The translations under genes were made by a program, and so were the position numbers. From a virus: a stretch of 39,771 nucleotides of DNA. The DNA lies in the UHGV virus genome UHGV-0121943. The stretch is one strand, 5' to 3'. The notes under the pieces were generated by a model. That model was not told the origin of the DNA. It saw only the letters and a program-made list of their open reading frames with translations, and ran no database searches. Positions 9,279 to 18,800 of the stretch are shown here, piece by piece (the stretch's first letter is position 1; each line of letters begins with the position of its first letter).

Positions 9279-9604
9279 TATGGCACCTCAACAAAATCAC
9301 AAGTAAACTCAGTAAAATTTAAATCCATCTTAGCTGGCCACTTGCCACAAACAGCTTTGATATTTTTTCCAGTAAACGGGTCCTTAAAAAGAAAAGGATG
9401 AATTCCTTTGTGTCTTTTAAAGAATTCATCCACTTCTAGGCGGTCTTTATTTTTAACCTTAACCGATACAGAATAGGAGCGGAGTAAGCTGTTAATCCCT
9501 TGTAATTGGCGTTGTGTATATCCATCACCGAATTCAATAGAGTTTACTGCTGGCTCATTATCAATCTGAAAATCAGGTCTAATGCACCATTTAAATGTTT
9601 CCAT
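9278..9604 (-). CDS. Minor tail protein M (distal tail)
   Basis: METFKW...FGDGYTQR...GIN motif; follows the tape measure gene. Confidence 0.9.
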   Translation of the reverse strand: METFKWCIRPDFQIDNEPAVNSIEFGDGYTQRQLQGINSLLRSYSVSVKVKNKDRLEVDEFFKRHKGIHPFLFKDPFTGKNIKAVCGKWPAKMDLNFTEFTCDFVEVP

Positions 9605-9613
9605 ATTTACCCC

Positions 9614-12600
9614 TTAAGCAAACACGCCACCAGAACGCATATTATTTGAAATGATGCCATTGGTCTCACTTCTTGCTATCTGACGGATTAACTCTACCGT
9701 GATTTCGGTTTCGCCATTTCGTTGTCTTTGTTCAACGTTGGCATTAACAGGCTCGCCATTATTGATAACTTTAACGGAAATACTTCCGCCAGCCATAGGC
9801 TTGTAACCAGTTGACGGAATAGAGCCTACTGATCCACCTGTGGCATAGCCACGACCATAATTGAGATGGTTTAAAAAGCCAATCCCAAGTCTTGATGTTG
9901 CCTCTTTAGTGATAACGTATTCACCACGATGTACCACGCCTGCCGGCTGATATTTACCACCATCACCAGTATAACCACCGCTAGCAAATCCAACATAGCC
10001 ACCATCAGAGTACCCAAAGGCACTCGCAGCCGACTTGATAGCGTTAAAAATCATCATTTTAACAATCATCGCTGAAATATCTTTCAAGATTGATTGAGCT
10101 AATGAGCGGAAGTCTGCTTTACCAGTCACAACAAAGTCAGTTAAAGCGTCTGACATTCCATTGAAAGCGTTTTGAGTGATTTGCGAGATATTACCAGCTA
10201 CATCGCCAACACTTTCTTGGATTTGGTTTACACCGTCTTTAATGCCTGCAATTGGATTTGATTTTCTCTGATTTTCAGTTTCTTGAATTACCGCTCTACG
10301 CTCTTTCAGTTTTGCGATTTCTTCATCAAGTTTAGCAATGTTTTCTTGTGACATTCCGATCTTCAATCGAGACGCCTCAAGATCTAATTGATGATTGTAT
10401 TGAATTAATTCTTGCTCTTGTCTTGTCTTACCAAGAAGTTCAAGCTCAAATTCCATTTCTCGCAGTTTTTCAGTATTATCAAAGGCGAATTGTGCAATGG
10501 CTACGCTTTGTTGTGCCGCATCAATTTGAGTAGCCATATCTTTCAACTTAGCCAATCCATCAGCACCAAAATGAGCGTATTTCTCGCCATTTGCCGCTAT
10601 ATCTTGAGTAATTTTGTTTAACTCTTGATATTGGCTGATTTGACCGAATACAGAAATATCTTGGGCATTTGCTCGAATCTCTGAAAGTCTGCGGTCCATC
10701 TCGCTAAGTTGGTCAGTGTACTGTTTCACATAATCAACTTTAGAGCCATTTCCTTTTTGTTTTTTAGCTGAGCCACCTTTACTGGTAATTTGTGATGCGT
10801 ATAGCTCGACATTGCTATTAAAGACAGCATCATAATCTGCAGTGCCTTTCGTAAGTCCTGAATTTATAGTCGCATCTTCCGCTTGAAGTCTGCTTTTCTT
10901 GGCTGGGTCTTTCTCTTTATTGATTGCAATTTGGCGATTGTTTCGCTCAATTATTTGTGTTGCTTTATCACTTAAAGCGTTTTGAACACTAAAACCAAGA
11001 GCGTTGAACTGACTTGCAACCAAGACGGCCATTGCACCCATTCGTTCAACTGCGCTTGTAACAGATGCCGCACCACTTTCAGCGCTCGGAAAGATTCGGT
11101 TTAAATCATCAAGAGAAAAGCCGATTGAATCAATGCTAACTTTAGAAGTATCTAGCGTTGGAAGTAAGCTTTTCAGTTTGTCGTGAAATTCAGCGACAGG
11201 AACTTGACCAATGATTGTTTTCAAATCATCTTCCGATTTGGTCAGTTTTTCGTTTGCTTTTGCTAATTCAGCTTTTTTGATTGCTAAATCTTGGTTTGCT
11301 TTAGCTAATGCCTCTAGATACGCTGAATCTTCCGTTTTTCCGCTTGATTGAGCGATTTGTTTACCCTGCTCGACTATTCTGTTGAGTTTTGCGTATTCTT
11401 CTTCTAATCGCTTAATTTCGTCCTTTTGAGCGGAAATGGATTGCTCTAATTTAGCTTTCATTCCGTCAAGGACTGCGGCTGATGTATTAGCTAATTTGCC
11501 GGTCGTTACATCTAAACTATCAGCAAAGGATAGTAATTCTTGTCGAGCGGATTCGGTTTTTTGTTGATAATCAAGAAATACACCAACACCAGCGGATAAG
11601 CCTAGAGTTAATAATCCAAGTGGACCACCAACAAAACCTAATGCACCGCCAAGCCCTTTACCTGTTGCGGTTAAAGCTTGTTGTGCGGCAGATAGATTTC
11701 TCGTTGCTGCGGCTTGAGCCGACATAGCGGCAGATGCTTGAATACTCGCTGCAATCCAAGTGCGGATTTTCCCAACGCTCCAAATCACACCTGCACCTGC
11801 TGCAAGGCTCGCCACTATGGTTAAGTGATTGGCGATTTCGTTGATAGCCTTAGCAAATGCCTCGCTCGCACCTGTTGATTTATCTAATTCACCAATCCAT
11901 TTAATGGCTGATGTGTTTAGATTTTCAAAGGCTGCGGAAATAGTAAGGATTCGAGTGTTAAACTGGTCGTCAACGGATTCTTTGGCTCGCTCCAACGCTG
12001 GAACGAGAACATCCATTGTTAGCTTGCCCTCTTTCGCCATGTTGCGAAGTTCGCCAGTGGTAACGCCTAAACCTGTCGCAATCGCTTTCGCTAATGCTGG
12101 GGTTTGCTCCATTACAGAGTTAAATTCATCACCCCGTAAAATCCCACTTCCCAACGCTTGCCCGAACTGTGTTAATGCCGCATCTGCTGCACCTGCACTT
12201 GCACCAGATACCGCAACGGCTTTAGATACCGTTTCGGTTAAACTAGCAATCTGTGCCTGACTAATCTTTAACGTTTCGGCATTTTGAGCAAATCGCTGAT
12301 AAACTCCCGAAGTCGCATTAATGCTTTGGTTTGTTTTTAATGCGATGTCAAAAACGTTATTTAAGCCTTTAGCACTGCTAATTGACGCACTTTCGACTAA
12401 TCGAAGTTTATTTTGAATTTCCGTATATCCATCTGCAAAACCTTTTAATTGACTTACACCAAAGCCAGCTATACCAGCCTTGAAAAGGTTCGCAGATACA
12501 CGATTGAGCGAATTCATTGACCGCTCAATATTATTTAATTGCTTTGTAGTGGTATCGGTAAAACGCTTTACTCTGCCTTGTGCGTTATTGATACCACTTT

Positions 12601-12658
12601 GGAATTTAACCTGATCTAACTCAAGCTGAATATTTAAGTGTCCTAATGAGCCTGCCAT
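9614..12658 (-). CDS. Tail tape measure protein
   Basis: 1014 aa, helical and Ala-rich; LRGDEFNSVMEQ; C-terminal GGYTGDGGKYQPAGVVHRGEYV. Confidence 0.95.
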   Translation of the reverse strand: MAGSLGHLNIQLELDQVKFQSGINNAQGRVKRFTDTTTKQLNNIERSMNSLNRVSANLFKAGIAGFGVSQLKGFADGYTEIQNKLRLVESASISSAKGLNNVFDIALKTNQSINATSGVYQRFAQNAETLKISQAQIASLTETVSKAVAVSGASAGAADAALTQFGQALGSGILRGDEFNSVMEQTPALAKAIATGLGVTTGELRNMAKEGKLTMDVLVPALERAKESVDDQFNTRILTISAAFENLNTSAIKWIGELDKSTGASEAFAKAINEIANHLTIVASLAAGAGVIWSVGKIRTWIAASIQASAAMSAQAAATRNLSAAQQALTATGKGLGGALGFVGGPLGLLTLGLSAGVGVFLDYQQKTESARQELLSFADSLDVTTGKLANTSAAVLDGMKAKLEQSISAQKDEIKRLEEEYAKLNRIVEQGKQIAQSSGKTEDSAYLEALAKANQDLAIKKAELAKANEKLTKSEDDLKTIIGQVPVAEFHDKLKSLLPTLDTSKVSIDSIGFSLDDLNRIFPSAESGAASVTSAVERMGAMAVLVASQFNALGFSVQNALSDKATQIIERNNRQIAINKEKDPAKKSRLQAEDATINSGLTKGTADYDAVFNSNVELYASQITSKGGSAKKQKGNGSKVDYVKQYTDQLSEMDRRLSEIRANAQDISVFGQISQYQELNKITQDIAANGEKYAHFGADGLAKLKDMATQIDAAQQSVAIAQFAFDNTEKLREMEFELELLGKTRQEQELIQYNHQLDLEASRLKIGMSQENIAKLDEEIAKLKERRAVIQETENQRKSNPIAGIKDGVNQIQESVGDVAGNISQITQNAFNGMSDALTDFVVTGKADFRSLAQSILKDISAMIVKMMIFNAIKSAASAFGYSDGGYVGFASGGYTGDGGKYQPAGVVHRGEYVITKEATSRLGIGFLNHLNYGRGYATGGSVGSIPSTGYKPMAGGSISVKVINNGEPVNANVEQRQRNGETEITVELIRQIARSETNGIISNNMRSGGVFA

Positions 12659-12669
12659 TTTTACCCCAG

Positions 12670-12972
12670 TTATCTATTTGCCAAGTATTCAGCAGAACCG
12701 TCATCAAATTCCTCTTCCTTTCGCTCTTTGTAGAAAGGCATAAAATCTGATAGCTCTGGCGGTTTGCCTTTCGGATCACGATTAACCATTGCTAAAACGT
12801 GCGAAATTTGAGCCGAACGATAATCATCACGCCACAATCCGAACGGTTGCTCTTCGTAAAATAGGCGGTATTCCTGTAAATGACTTTCAGGCATCTGCTC
12901 AATTTCTTCTAGCGTTTTACCGAGAGAAAGTGACAGGTTTATTTGGAACTTTCTTCGGCTGGTGAGTTTTTT
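12670..12972 (-). CDS. Tail assembly chaperone T part (gpGT made by -1 frameshift)
   Basis: The -1 frame is open from the slippery site (LTSRRKFQINLSLSLGKTLEEIEQ) into the 74-aa ORF 12670-12894. Confidence 0.8.
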   Translation of the reverse strand, partial: KKLTSRRKFQINLSLSLGKTLEEIEQMPESHLQEYRLFYEEQPFGLWRDDYRSAQISHVLAMVNRDPKGKPPELSDFMPFYKERKEEEFDDGSAEYLANR

Positions 12973-13346
12973 GGTTCACCATCCATAATGGCTTGGTTAA
13001 GCTGCTCAATAACCGCTTTGTCTAGCTGTGCTAATTGCTCTAAATCGTTTTCATCTTCGGCATTAAATAGGTTTACACCGTTTTCATCGCATAAACGCAT
13101 TGCGATTGTGCGAGTTAATTTGTGCTTGTCGTAAACTTTCGCTAATTGCTCGGTTAATGCATCTTCATCGCTAAAATCAAGTGTAATGCCTTGACTTTCA
13201 GCAATGCGCACTAATTCTTGTTGTTGTCCGTATAAGGCTTTGTTCATTTCGCCAACAGTGAATTCGCGGATGTAATAGGTATCGCCTAAAATCTCTACCG
13301 GTTTAACTTTTGGCTTGTGTGATAAAAGTTTATCTCTTAAATTCAT
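12939..13346 (-). CDS. Tail assembly chaperone G
   Basis: Lies between the tail tube and tape measure genes; LCDENG motif. Confidence 0.85.
   Translation of the reverse strand: MNLRDKLLSHKPKVKPVEILGDTYYIREFTVGEMNKALYGQQQELVRIAESQGITLDFSDEDALTEQLAKVYDKHKLTRTIAMRLCDENGVNLFNAEDENDLEQLAQLDKAVIEQLNQAIMDGEPKNSPAEESSK
12966..12972 (-). promoter_or_regulatory. -1 ribosomal frameshift heptamer A AAA AAC
   Basis: CCA AAA AAC (P-K-N) near the 3' end of the G chaperone gene, the canonical position before the tape measure gene. Confidence 0.8.
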
Positions 13347-13361
13347 TCGTTCCACCTTAGA

Positions 13362-13394
13362 AAAAGAAAACCGAGAGGATTAACTCTCGGTCTT
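13362..13394 (-). terminator. Terminator after the major tail gene
   Basis: ACCGAGAG-GATTAA-CTCTCGGT with a minus-strand T-tract. Confidence 0.7.
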
Positions 13395-13399
13395 ATTGG

Positions 13400-14056
13400 T
13401 TACTCTGCTGTTGGCAACAAGTAATCGCGTTTTGCTTTTTTGATGGTTACACCTGACTCAAATTTACCTTTTACTTCACCGCTGAAGTTAGGTGATGTTT
13501 GAATAAAGCCAGTACCATATAAAGCACCTTGATTGTTTTTCAAAATCATCAACCAGGGGAATGTTTCTTTATTGTAGAATTTCTTACGCAAATCTTGTTG
13601 CATTGTGGTTGCTGGGGCGTAATAGAAAGAGAGCTTAATTGAACCGTATTCAATTTCGCCTGCTTCTGTTTCTGTACCCTCAGAACACATTGTAGTGATG
13701 TCTGTTTCACCTAATGTATCACCGTCACCATCAATCTGTTTAATCGCACAGAAATTGCTTGATAGTTGGATTTTTGAGACTTTCGCCTTAGTAAAGTCAG
13801 TAGGTTTATCGAAACCTTTCCAATCCACCTCATCAGCTAAAGTGATTGTATCAGTGGAAACAGATTTCACCGGATAACAGCCATCTAACGCTCCTAAGCC
13901 TGTGATTCGAATGAAATCACCAACTTTTAAGCCATTGCCTGTTGCGGTGATTGATGCATTTGGCGTAACGGTACAGTTTGAAATAGCTTTCTCTGCATCG
14001 TAGCCAACGCCTAAGTAAAACTTAGTCCCTTGAAAAGGGGTTGTTTGTGTTGCCAT
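13400..14056 (-). CDS. Major tail tube protein
   Basis: TDITTMCS..E...G..EYG motif; synteny. Confidence 0.85.
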   Translation of the reverse strand: MATQTTPFQGTKFYLGVGYDAEKAISNCTVTPNASITATGNGLKVGDFIRITGLGALDGCYPVKSVSTDTITLADEVDWKGFDKPTDFTKAKVSKIQLSSNFCAIKQIDGDGDTLGETDITTMCSEGTETEAGEIEYGSIKLSFYYAPATTMQQDLRKKFYNKETFPWLMILKNNQGALYGTGFIQTSPNFSGEVKGKFESGVTIKKAKRDYLLPTAE

Positions 14057-14058
14057 TG

Positions 14059-14403
14059 TTATTCTCCATAAGCAATTTGGTAATTGATTGTTCTGCGGTG
14101 TAGTTTTGTGTCAGGCTCATAGTCTGATAAGTCATTACTACGCTCCGCATAGTCAAATTTTTGCTCTAACGCACTAAATATCGGTTTTCTTAGCGCCATC
14201 ACATCATCTGGATTTGGGCTGTATATGTCGATTTGCACCATAAAATCATCTAAATCGCCATCTACCAAAGCGGAATTAGGCGAAATATTGACGAATTGAT
14301 AGACGATTACAGGGAATTTCTTGTTTGTATCGGGAATAAACCCGTAAAAACACCGATTTTCAACAAGTGGAGCTAATGCCTTAAATAAATCTTGTTGAAT
14401 CAT
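14059..14403 (-). CDS. Tail terminator protein (DUF3168-like)
   Basis: FPVIVYQ, VQIDIYS, YEPDTKLHR. Confidence 0.85.
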   Translation of the reverse strand: MIQQDLFKALAPLVENRCFYGFIPDTNKKFPVIVYQFVNISPNSALVDGDLDDFMVQIDIYSPNPDDVMALRKPIFSALEQKFDYAERSNDLSDYEPDTKLHRRTINYQIAYGE

Positions 14404-14876
14404 TTCCCTGCCTCTTCTTCAATTCCACGTTTAAGTGTTGTGATGATTTCTGTCGCAGCTTTTTCTTTGGTCTGCTCAAATGCTGGTCTTAGAAATGGCT
14501 TGGCTGGCATTTTTGAAGTGCCAAACTCAACAAAACGCCAGTAAAACGGATCTTTCGGATTGTAAGCTCCGCTACTTGCATTTTTAGCCTTAAAAGCCCC
14601 TCGTTGCTTAGCCGTAAGGCCTTTAACTCGAATTACAGTGCCGATTTTGCCGTTTTTTAAGACTTTAGTGCTGCTCTTGATCGCTTTTTTGAGCGTGCCA
14701 GCTCGTCTATATGGCGTACTTTTGGAAAGAACAGGTGCATTCTGTCTTGCTTGCTCTCGCACAATCTTTCCGCCCTCTCTCATAGCTTTAACTGCAATCT
14801 TGTTAGAGACCTTACGACCAAGCTCACTCAAAGCTTTGTGTATTTGAGATAAACCATCAACCTTGACATTACCCAT
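14400..14876 (-). CDS. HK97 gp10-family tail completion protein
   Basis: GTLKKAI, FYWRFVEFGTSKMPAKPFLRPAF. Confidence 0.9.
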   Translation of the reverse strand: MGNVKVDGLSQIHKALSELGRKVSNKIAVKAMREGGKIVREQARQNAPVLSKSTPYRRAGTLKKAIKSSTKVLKNGKIGTVIRVKGLTAKQRGAFKAKNASSGAYNPKDPFYWRFVEFGTSKMPAKPFLRPAFEQTKEKAATEIITTLKRGIEEEAGK

Positions 14877-15192
14877 CAACTGCCTCTTTACACATTAATT
14901 GTAGAGATACGTTGCGTTCTTGGGTGTTAAGCACGGCAACAATTTCCAAGAAACGTTTACCGAACTTAACCCTCATTGACGGTTTAATACCGTCTAGATG
15001 ACGTAGCCATATCTGTGTAGTGATTTCTGACTGCACCTGTTGAGCTGAAAAGTATTCTCGGCCAGATAACGGTCTAACATCAGCCCAAACAGTAGCTACT
15101 CTCTTCCAGGCTTGAGAACTTGCACCGTAATCATTCACTTCATTAACTTGCCGTAGCAAAATAATTCTGTGACGTAGCTTTCCTATGTTCAT
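14869..15192 (-). CDS. Head closure / head-tail joining protein
   Basis: MNIGKLRHRI, VWADVRPLSGREY. Confidence 0.9.
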   Translation of the reverse strand: MNIGKLRHRIILLRQVNEVNDYGASSQAWKRVATVWADVRPLSGREYFSAQQVQSEITTQIWLRHLDGIKPSMRVKFGKRFLEIVAVLNTQERNVSLQLMCKEAVDG

Positions 15193-15201
15193 CTTAATTA
15201 C

Positions 15202-15522
15202 CTACACATCTATAAAACGATAACGCTCAATGATGGCTTTAACGGTTGGAGGTAAATCAAAGTTTGTTACACCTTGCCCTTCGTTCCATCCACCACGGTT
15301 TTCATATAGGTAAGCGATCAGCATTAATATAGCTATCTTCAAATCGCCAGTGATTTCTTGTGCATTAATCGGTTTTTCTTCGGGCAATGTATTAAAAAGC
15401 ACTCTATTCGTGTGGTTCTCAATCATCGCCTTTGCTGCAACTAGATAGCCAGACAACAAATCATCTTCCTCATCATGATCAATGCGACATTGCAACTTAA
15501 TTTCGTCTAGTGTGATTTCCAT
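15202..15522 (-). CDS. Head-tail connector (HK97 gp6 family)
   Basis: ITLDEIKLQCRID, AILMLIAYLYENR. Confidence 0.9.
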   Translation of the reverse strand: MEITLDEIKLQCRIDHDEEDDLLSGYLVAAKAMIENHTNRVLFNTLPEEKPINAQEITGDLKIAILMLIAYLYENRGGWNEGQGVTNFDLPPTVKAIIERYRFIDV

Positions 15523-15533
15523 TCATCCCCCAA

Positions 15534-15566
15534 ATAAAAATGCGGCCATTTCTGACCGCACTTTTG
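15534..15566 (-). terminator. Terminator after the capsid gene, containing a USS
   Basis: TGCGGCCA...TGACCGCA hairpin; ACCGCACTT at 15555-15563. Confidence 0.65.
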
Positions 15567-15567
15567 A

Positions 15568-16773
15568 CTATTTACCTGTTAATGCTTTAATCGCTGACAC
15601 ATCTTCGAGTACGCAGTCAAAGCGATGGAACGCTAAGAAACCTACTTGATCGAACTCTGCATAACGTTCCACTAAGCGACGTAATGTCATACCTGACACG
15701 CGACGAATAATGAAACGACTGAAGTCACCAAAGTAAGCGAATTTCTTACCTGAACCAATATCTTCGATGCCTTGATCAATTACATATTGATGGCCTAAGA
15801 TGGTTGCAGGAGCAACGCCAGCAACATCAGGCAACCATAATGGACGTTTTTGTCCATCCACCATATCTTTCAACGTTTTTAACGTATTATCATTGAAAGC
15901 AAGACGAGTATTGCCAACATTACGATAGGCAGGATCTACTGAGTGGATCAATGCGTTAAAATCTTGCCATGCCACTGCAGCGGCGGCTGCTTGTGTTACA
16001 CCAGTAACTGCGGTTTGCAAGCCTTTAGGTTGAGCAGGTGAGCCAACGCCAGTACCTTGGATAAGATATTTAGCTTCTGCACGACCAATACGTTCTGAAA
16101 TTCGACGAGATAAATACTCTTCGATATCCACACCTGAATCTTGTAACAATTCGTTTGATACGCGGATAATTTTTGATGAGAGTTTTTTCGCACCAAGCTC
16201 AGCTGTGCCAAAATCAGTATCTGATTCGGTTGCTGCAGTGTTTTCACCAACAAGCTCACCTTCTTCAGCAGTACCATCTGCTGTTGCCCAAGCGATAACT
16301 CGACCATTATCGGTGTTAATGATTTGAGCAACGCTCGCAATACCACCAAAAGCTTTCATTTTTTCAAGAATACGAGCCTGCATTTCTTTAGGTACGGTGT
16401 AACCACCTTTATTGTCCGTGCCTGCCGCTTGTGCGCGAAGTTCCGCCATCACTTGACGTTCTTCTTGGCTTAATTCTCCTAAGCCACGACGCAAGAACGA
16501 ATTAAATGCTTGGGAACGTTTAACTTCTACATCAATAACTGGTTTTGATTCAGTTTCAATTTGACGTTGTTCTTCAACAAATAAAGCATCTGTTGATCGT
16601 AATGATTCTTCACGTTCAATTTGTGATTCAACACCGCCTAACTCGGATTTCATCGAATCCCACTTAGTACGTTGCTCTTCAGTCCATGTTTTTTCGCCAA
16701 TTTCATCGTTCAATTGACGCATTTGAGCCGCGATATTACGACGTTTTTCTTGAAGTTCATGTAATTTAGCCAT
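15568..16773 (-). CDS. Major capsid protein, HK97 family
   Basis: N-terminal coiled-coil delta domain, GGYTVP, VSNELLQDS, FGDFS. Confidence 0.95.
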   Translation of the reverse strand: MAKLHELQEKRRNIAAQMRQLNDEIGEKTWTEEQRTKWDSMKSELGGVESQIEREESLRSTDALFVEEQRQIETESKPVIDVEVKRSQAFNSFLRRGLGELSQEERQVMAELRAQAAGTDNKGGYTVPKEMQARILEKMKAFGGIASVAQIINTDNGRVIAWATADGTAEEGELVGENTAATESDTDFGTAELGAKKLSSKIIRVSNELLQDSGVDIEEYLSRRISERIGRAEAKYLIQGTGVGSPAQPKGLQTAVTGVTQAAAAAVAWQDFNALIHSVDPAYRNVGNTRLAFNDNTLKTLKDMVDGQKRPLWLPDVAGVAPATILGHQYVIDQGIEDIGSGKKFAYFGDFSRFIIRRVSGMTLRRLVERYAEFDQVGFLAFHRFDCVLEDVSAIKALTGK

Positions 16774-16796
16774 GATTTTTCCTCTTTTTTTTAAAT

Positions 16797-16821
16797 GAAA
16801 AAAGCCGCAATAATGCGGCTC
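16797..16821 (-). terminator. Hairpin between the protease and capsid genes
   Basis: AGCCGCA-ATAA-TGCGGCT with a minus-strand T-run. Confidence 0.55.
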
Positions 16822-16841
16822 GTATTGATAAAAATTTGCTT

Positions 16842-17444
16842 TTATTTAGCACTAATTAAGCTTAATAATCGCTCACGTGCGGCTTTTTGTGATACCGCTT
16901 TAGCAATTGTTCCTGAGTCTCGAGCTTCTTTCCACGCTTCAAGTGAGCGAGCTGTACTGCTTGCTTCTTGGTAAGCAGGATAAGTCACAGGACTGACATC
17001 ATAAAGGCGTGAAATTTTATGAATTTCACGAATGATTACACCATCATCATTTTCATACCATTCATCTCCATCTCGTGCGATCTTAAACGCAAAGGATGAT
17101 TGAGTAATATCACCGCGTTTTAGCGGTGCAATAACTAAATCTCGAATAGTTGGATTATCTGGCGCTATAATGTCGTATTTAAGGCCTGTTTCATCAACTG
17201 ATAGACTCAACGTACCAGCTTTACTGCGCCCTAGAATGAAATTATGGTCATGATTAAACAACCCGCGCACATCATCTTCAAGCACATCATCAAATGCACC
17301 TGGCATAATGATTTCGCGAAAACCCCACATTACTTCAGACATAGTATTGAACACGGAACCATAACCGATAATGTGCGTAGGCTCATCATCTCGACTTTCC
17401 GCTCGCACTTCGCCTGCGTAGGAGCGCTTTTCTACATCACTCAT
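16842..17444 (-). CDS. Prohead maturation protease (HK97 gp4 family)
   Basis: GYGSVFN, LFNHD, SSFAF, DVSPVTYPAY; start MSDVEK with RBS GGAG. Confidence 0.92.
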   Translation of the reverse strand: MSDVEKRSYAGEVRAESRDDEPTHIIGYGSVFNTMSEVMWGFREIIMPGAFDDVLEDDVRGLFNHDHNFILGRSKAGTLSLSVDETGLKYDIIAPDNPTIRDLVIAPLKRGDITQSSFAFKIARDGDEWYENDDGVIIREIHKISRLYDVSPVTYPAYQEASSTARSLEAWKEARDSGTIAKAVSQKAARERLLSLISAK

Positions 17445-18651
17445 TTGTGTTCTCCGTTTGTTTATTATTTGCTTGTTTTGCCGCATTCACGCTAACCAAC
17501 ATTTCATCCAGTCCTTCAACCGGATTCATATCTTCAAGCTGACGAGCTTCATTTCGCGACATCCAACCATCAGTGATAGCCGCATGGTAAAATGTTGCTC
17601 GTTCACCTGCAGTACCACGCATAATCCCAGCAAGATTAAACTTCACGAAGTAACCCGCTTTACGCTCTGCATCAGTAAAGATTTTTCGGTTTAGTTCCTG
17701 TTCCCAATTTACCACCCATGGCATAACGCTGAATCGAATAAACTGAATTGTCTGTTCTGATATATTGGAAAATGTCGCTTTCTCCAAATCGTTGATCATG
17801 TGGGCTGGAACATTAAAAATACCTGCAATCTCTGAACGATTCAGCTTCATCATCGAAAGCAACTCAGTATCGACTGGTGACACGGTCAAAGCCTTGTAAT
17901 CAAGCTCAGCAGGAAGTAATATTGTTTTATTTTCTTCACTTCTCAGCTTTTCCTGTGCGGTTTGCCACATCTTTTTAAAGTTTTCCCACGCATTACTGTT
18001 CAGAGGCGTTTTAACTGAAAGAATACCTGCAGGACGAGCATTTCCACCAAAGAAACCGCTAGCAAATTTGCGGGCATCCAAACCCAAACCAATCGTCTCA
18101 GCATGAGTTTGAATAACTGATTTACCTGTTTTTATTGATGGCCCAAGTGCCTTGATGTGTAAAACATCATCAGGGGACAGGCTCATTGTCTTATCGTCAC
18201 CATAGTAAGCATAAACATAGCGACTTCCGTTTTTAAGTAACTGCACTTTCCACGGCTCTAATGATTCAAGCGAGACAACTCCACCGTTTTTATCACGAAC
18301 AATATGGATATAAGCATTTCCGTACAACAAAACCGAACTTTGTGCATATTCGCGTAATTTGTACGATGTCTGCCAAGCATTAGGGCTATCATGTAAAAGG
18401 TAATATGCTGAATGATCTTTTACCGTTTCTACTTTATCACCGCTCTTACGCTTAACATGCAGTGGTAACTGTGCGACAGAACTCGATAACACATAAACGC
18501 AAGCATAAACAGCAGATAACTTCATCGCCAAATCAGGACTAACCGATTTAGTCGGCTGCATTCCGAATATTTCTTCGTAAGCTGATTCAGCACTTAATGG
18601 CACCGCTGGATTCTCCAGTGAACGAGTGCTAAATAATTTATCAAAAATCAT
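17437..18651 (-). CDS. Portal protein, HK97 family
   Basis: SAVYACV, LLYGNAY, IAGIFNVP, TFSNISEQ, NEARQLE. Confidence 0.95.
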   Translation of the reverse strand: MIFDKLFSTRSLENPAVPLSAESAYEEIFGMQPTKSVSPDLAMKLSAVYACVYVLSSSVAQLPLHVKRKSGDKVETVKDHSAYYLLHDSPNAWQTSYKLREYAQSSVLLYGNAYIHIVRDKNGGVVSLESLEPWKVQLLKNGSRYVYAYYGDDKTMSLSPDDVLHIKALGPSIKTGKSVIQTHAETIGLGLDARKFASGFFGGNARPAGILSVKTPLNSNAWENFKKMWQTAQEKLRSEENKTILLPAELDYKALTVSPVDTELLSMMKLNRSEIAGIFNVPAHMINDLEKATFSNISEQTIQFIRFSVMPWVVNWEQELNRKIFTDAERKAGYFVKFNLAGIMRGTAGERATFYHAAITDGWMSRNEARQLEDMNPVEGLDEMLVSVNAAKQANNKQTENTNE

Positions 18652-18800
18652 TGTTTACCTCTCGATGCCAAAATAGTTAAAAGCAGTAATAATGCCCCAC
18701 TACCAATTAATGCAATATCTGCCCCATATTTGAGATACACTCCATAAGACATCAAGCCAAAGCCTGTTAGACCTAAAAGATCTAAAATGACAGTTCTCAT
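18648..18800 (-). CDS. 50-aa two-TM membrane protein between terL and portal (not in the ORF track)
   Basis: [54 protein letters not shown] overlaps at both ends. Confidence 0.75.
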   Translation of the reverse strand: MRTVILDLLGLTGFGLMSYGVYLKYGADIALIGSGALLLLLTILASRGKQ

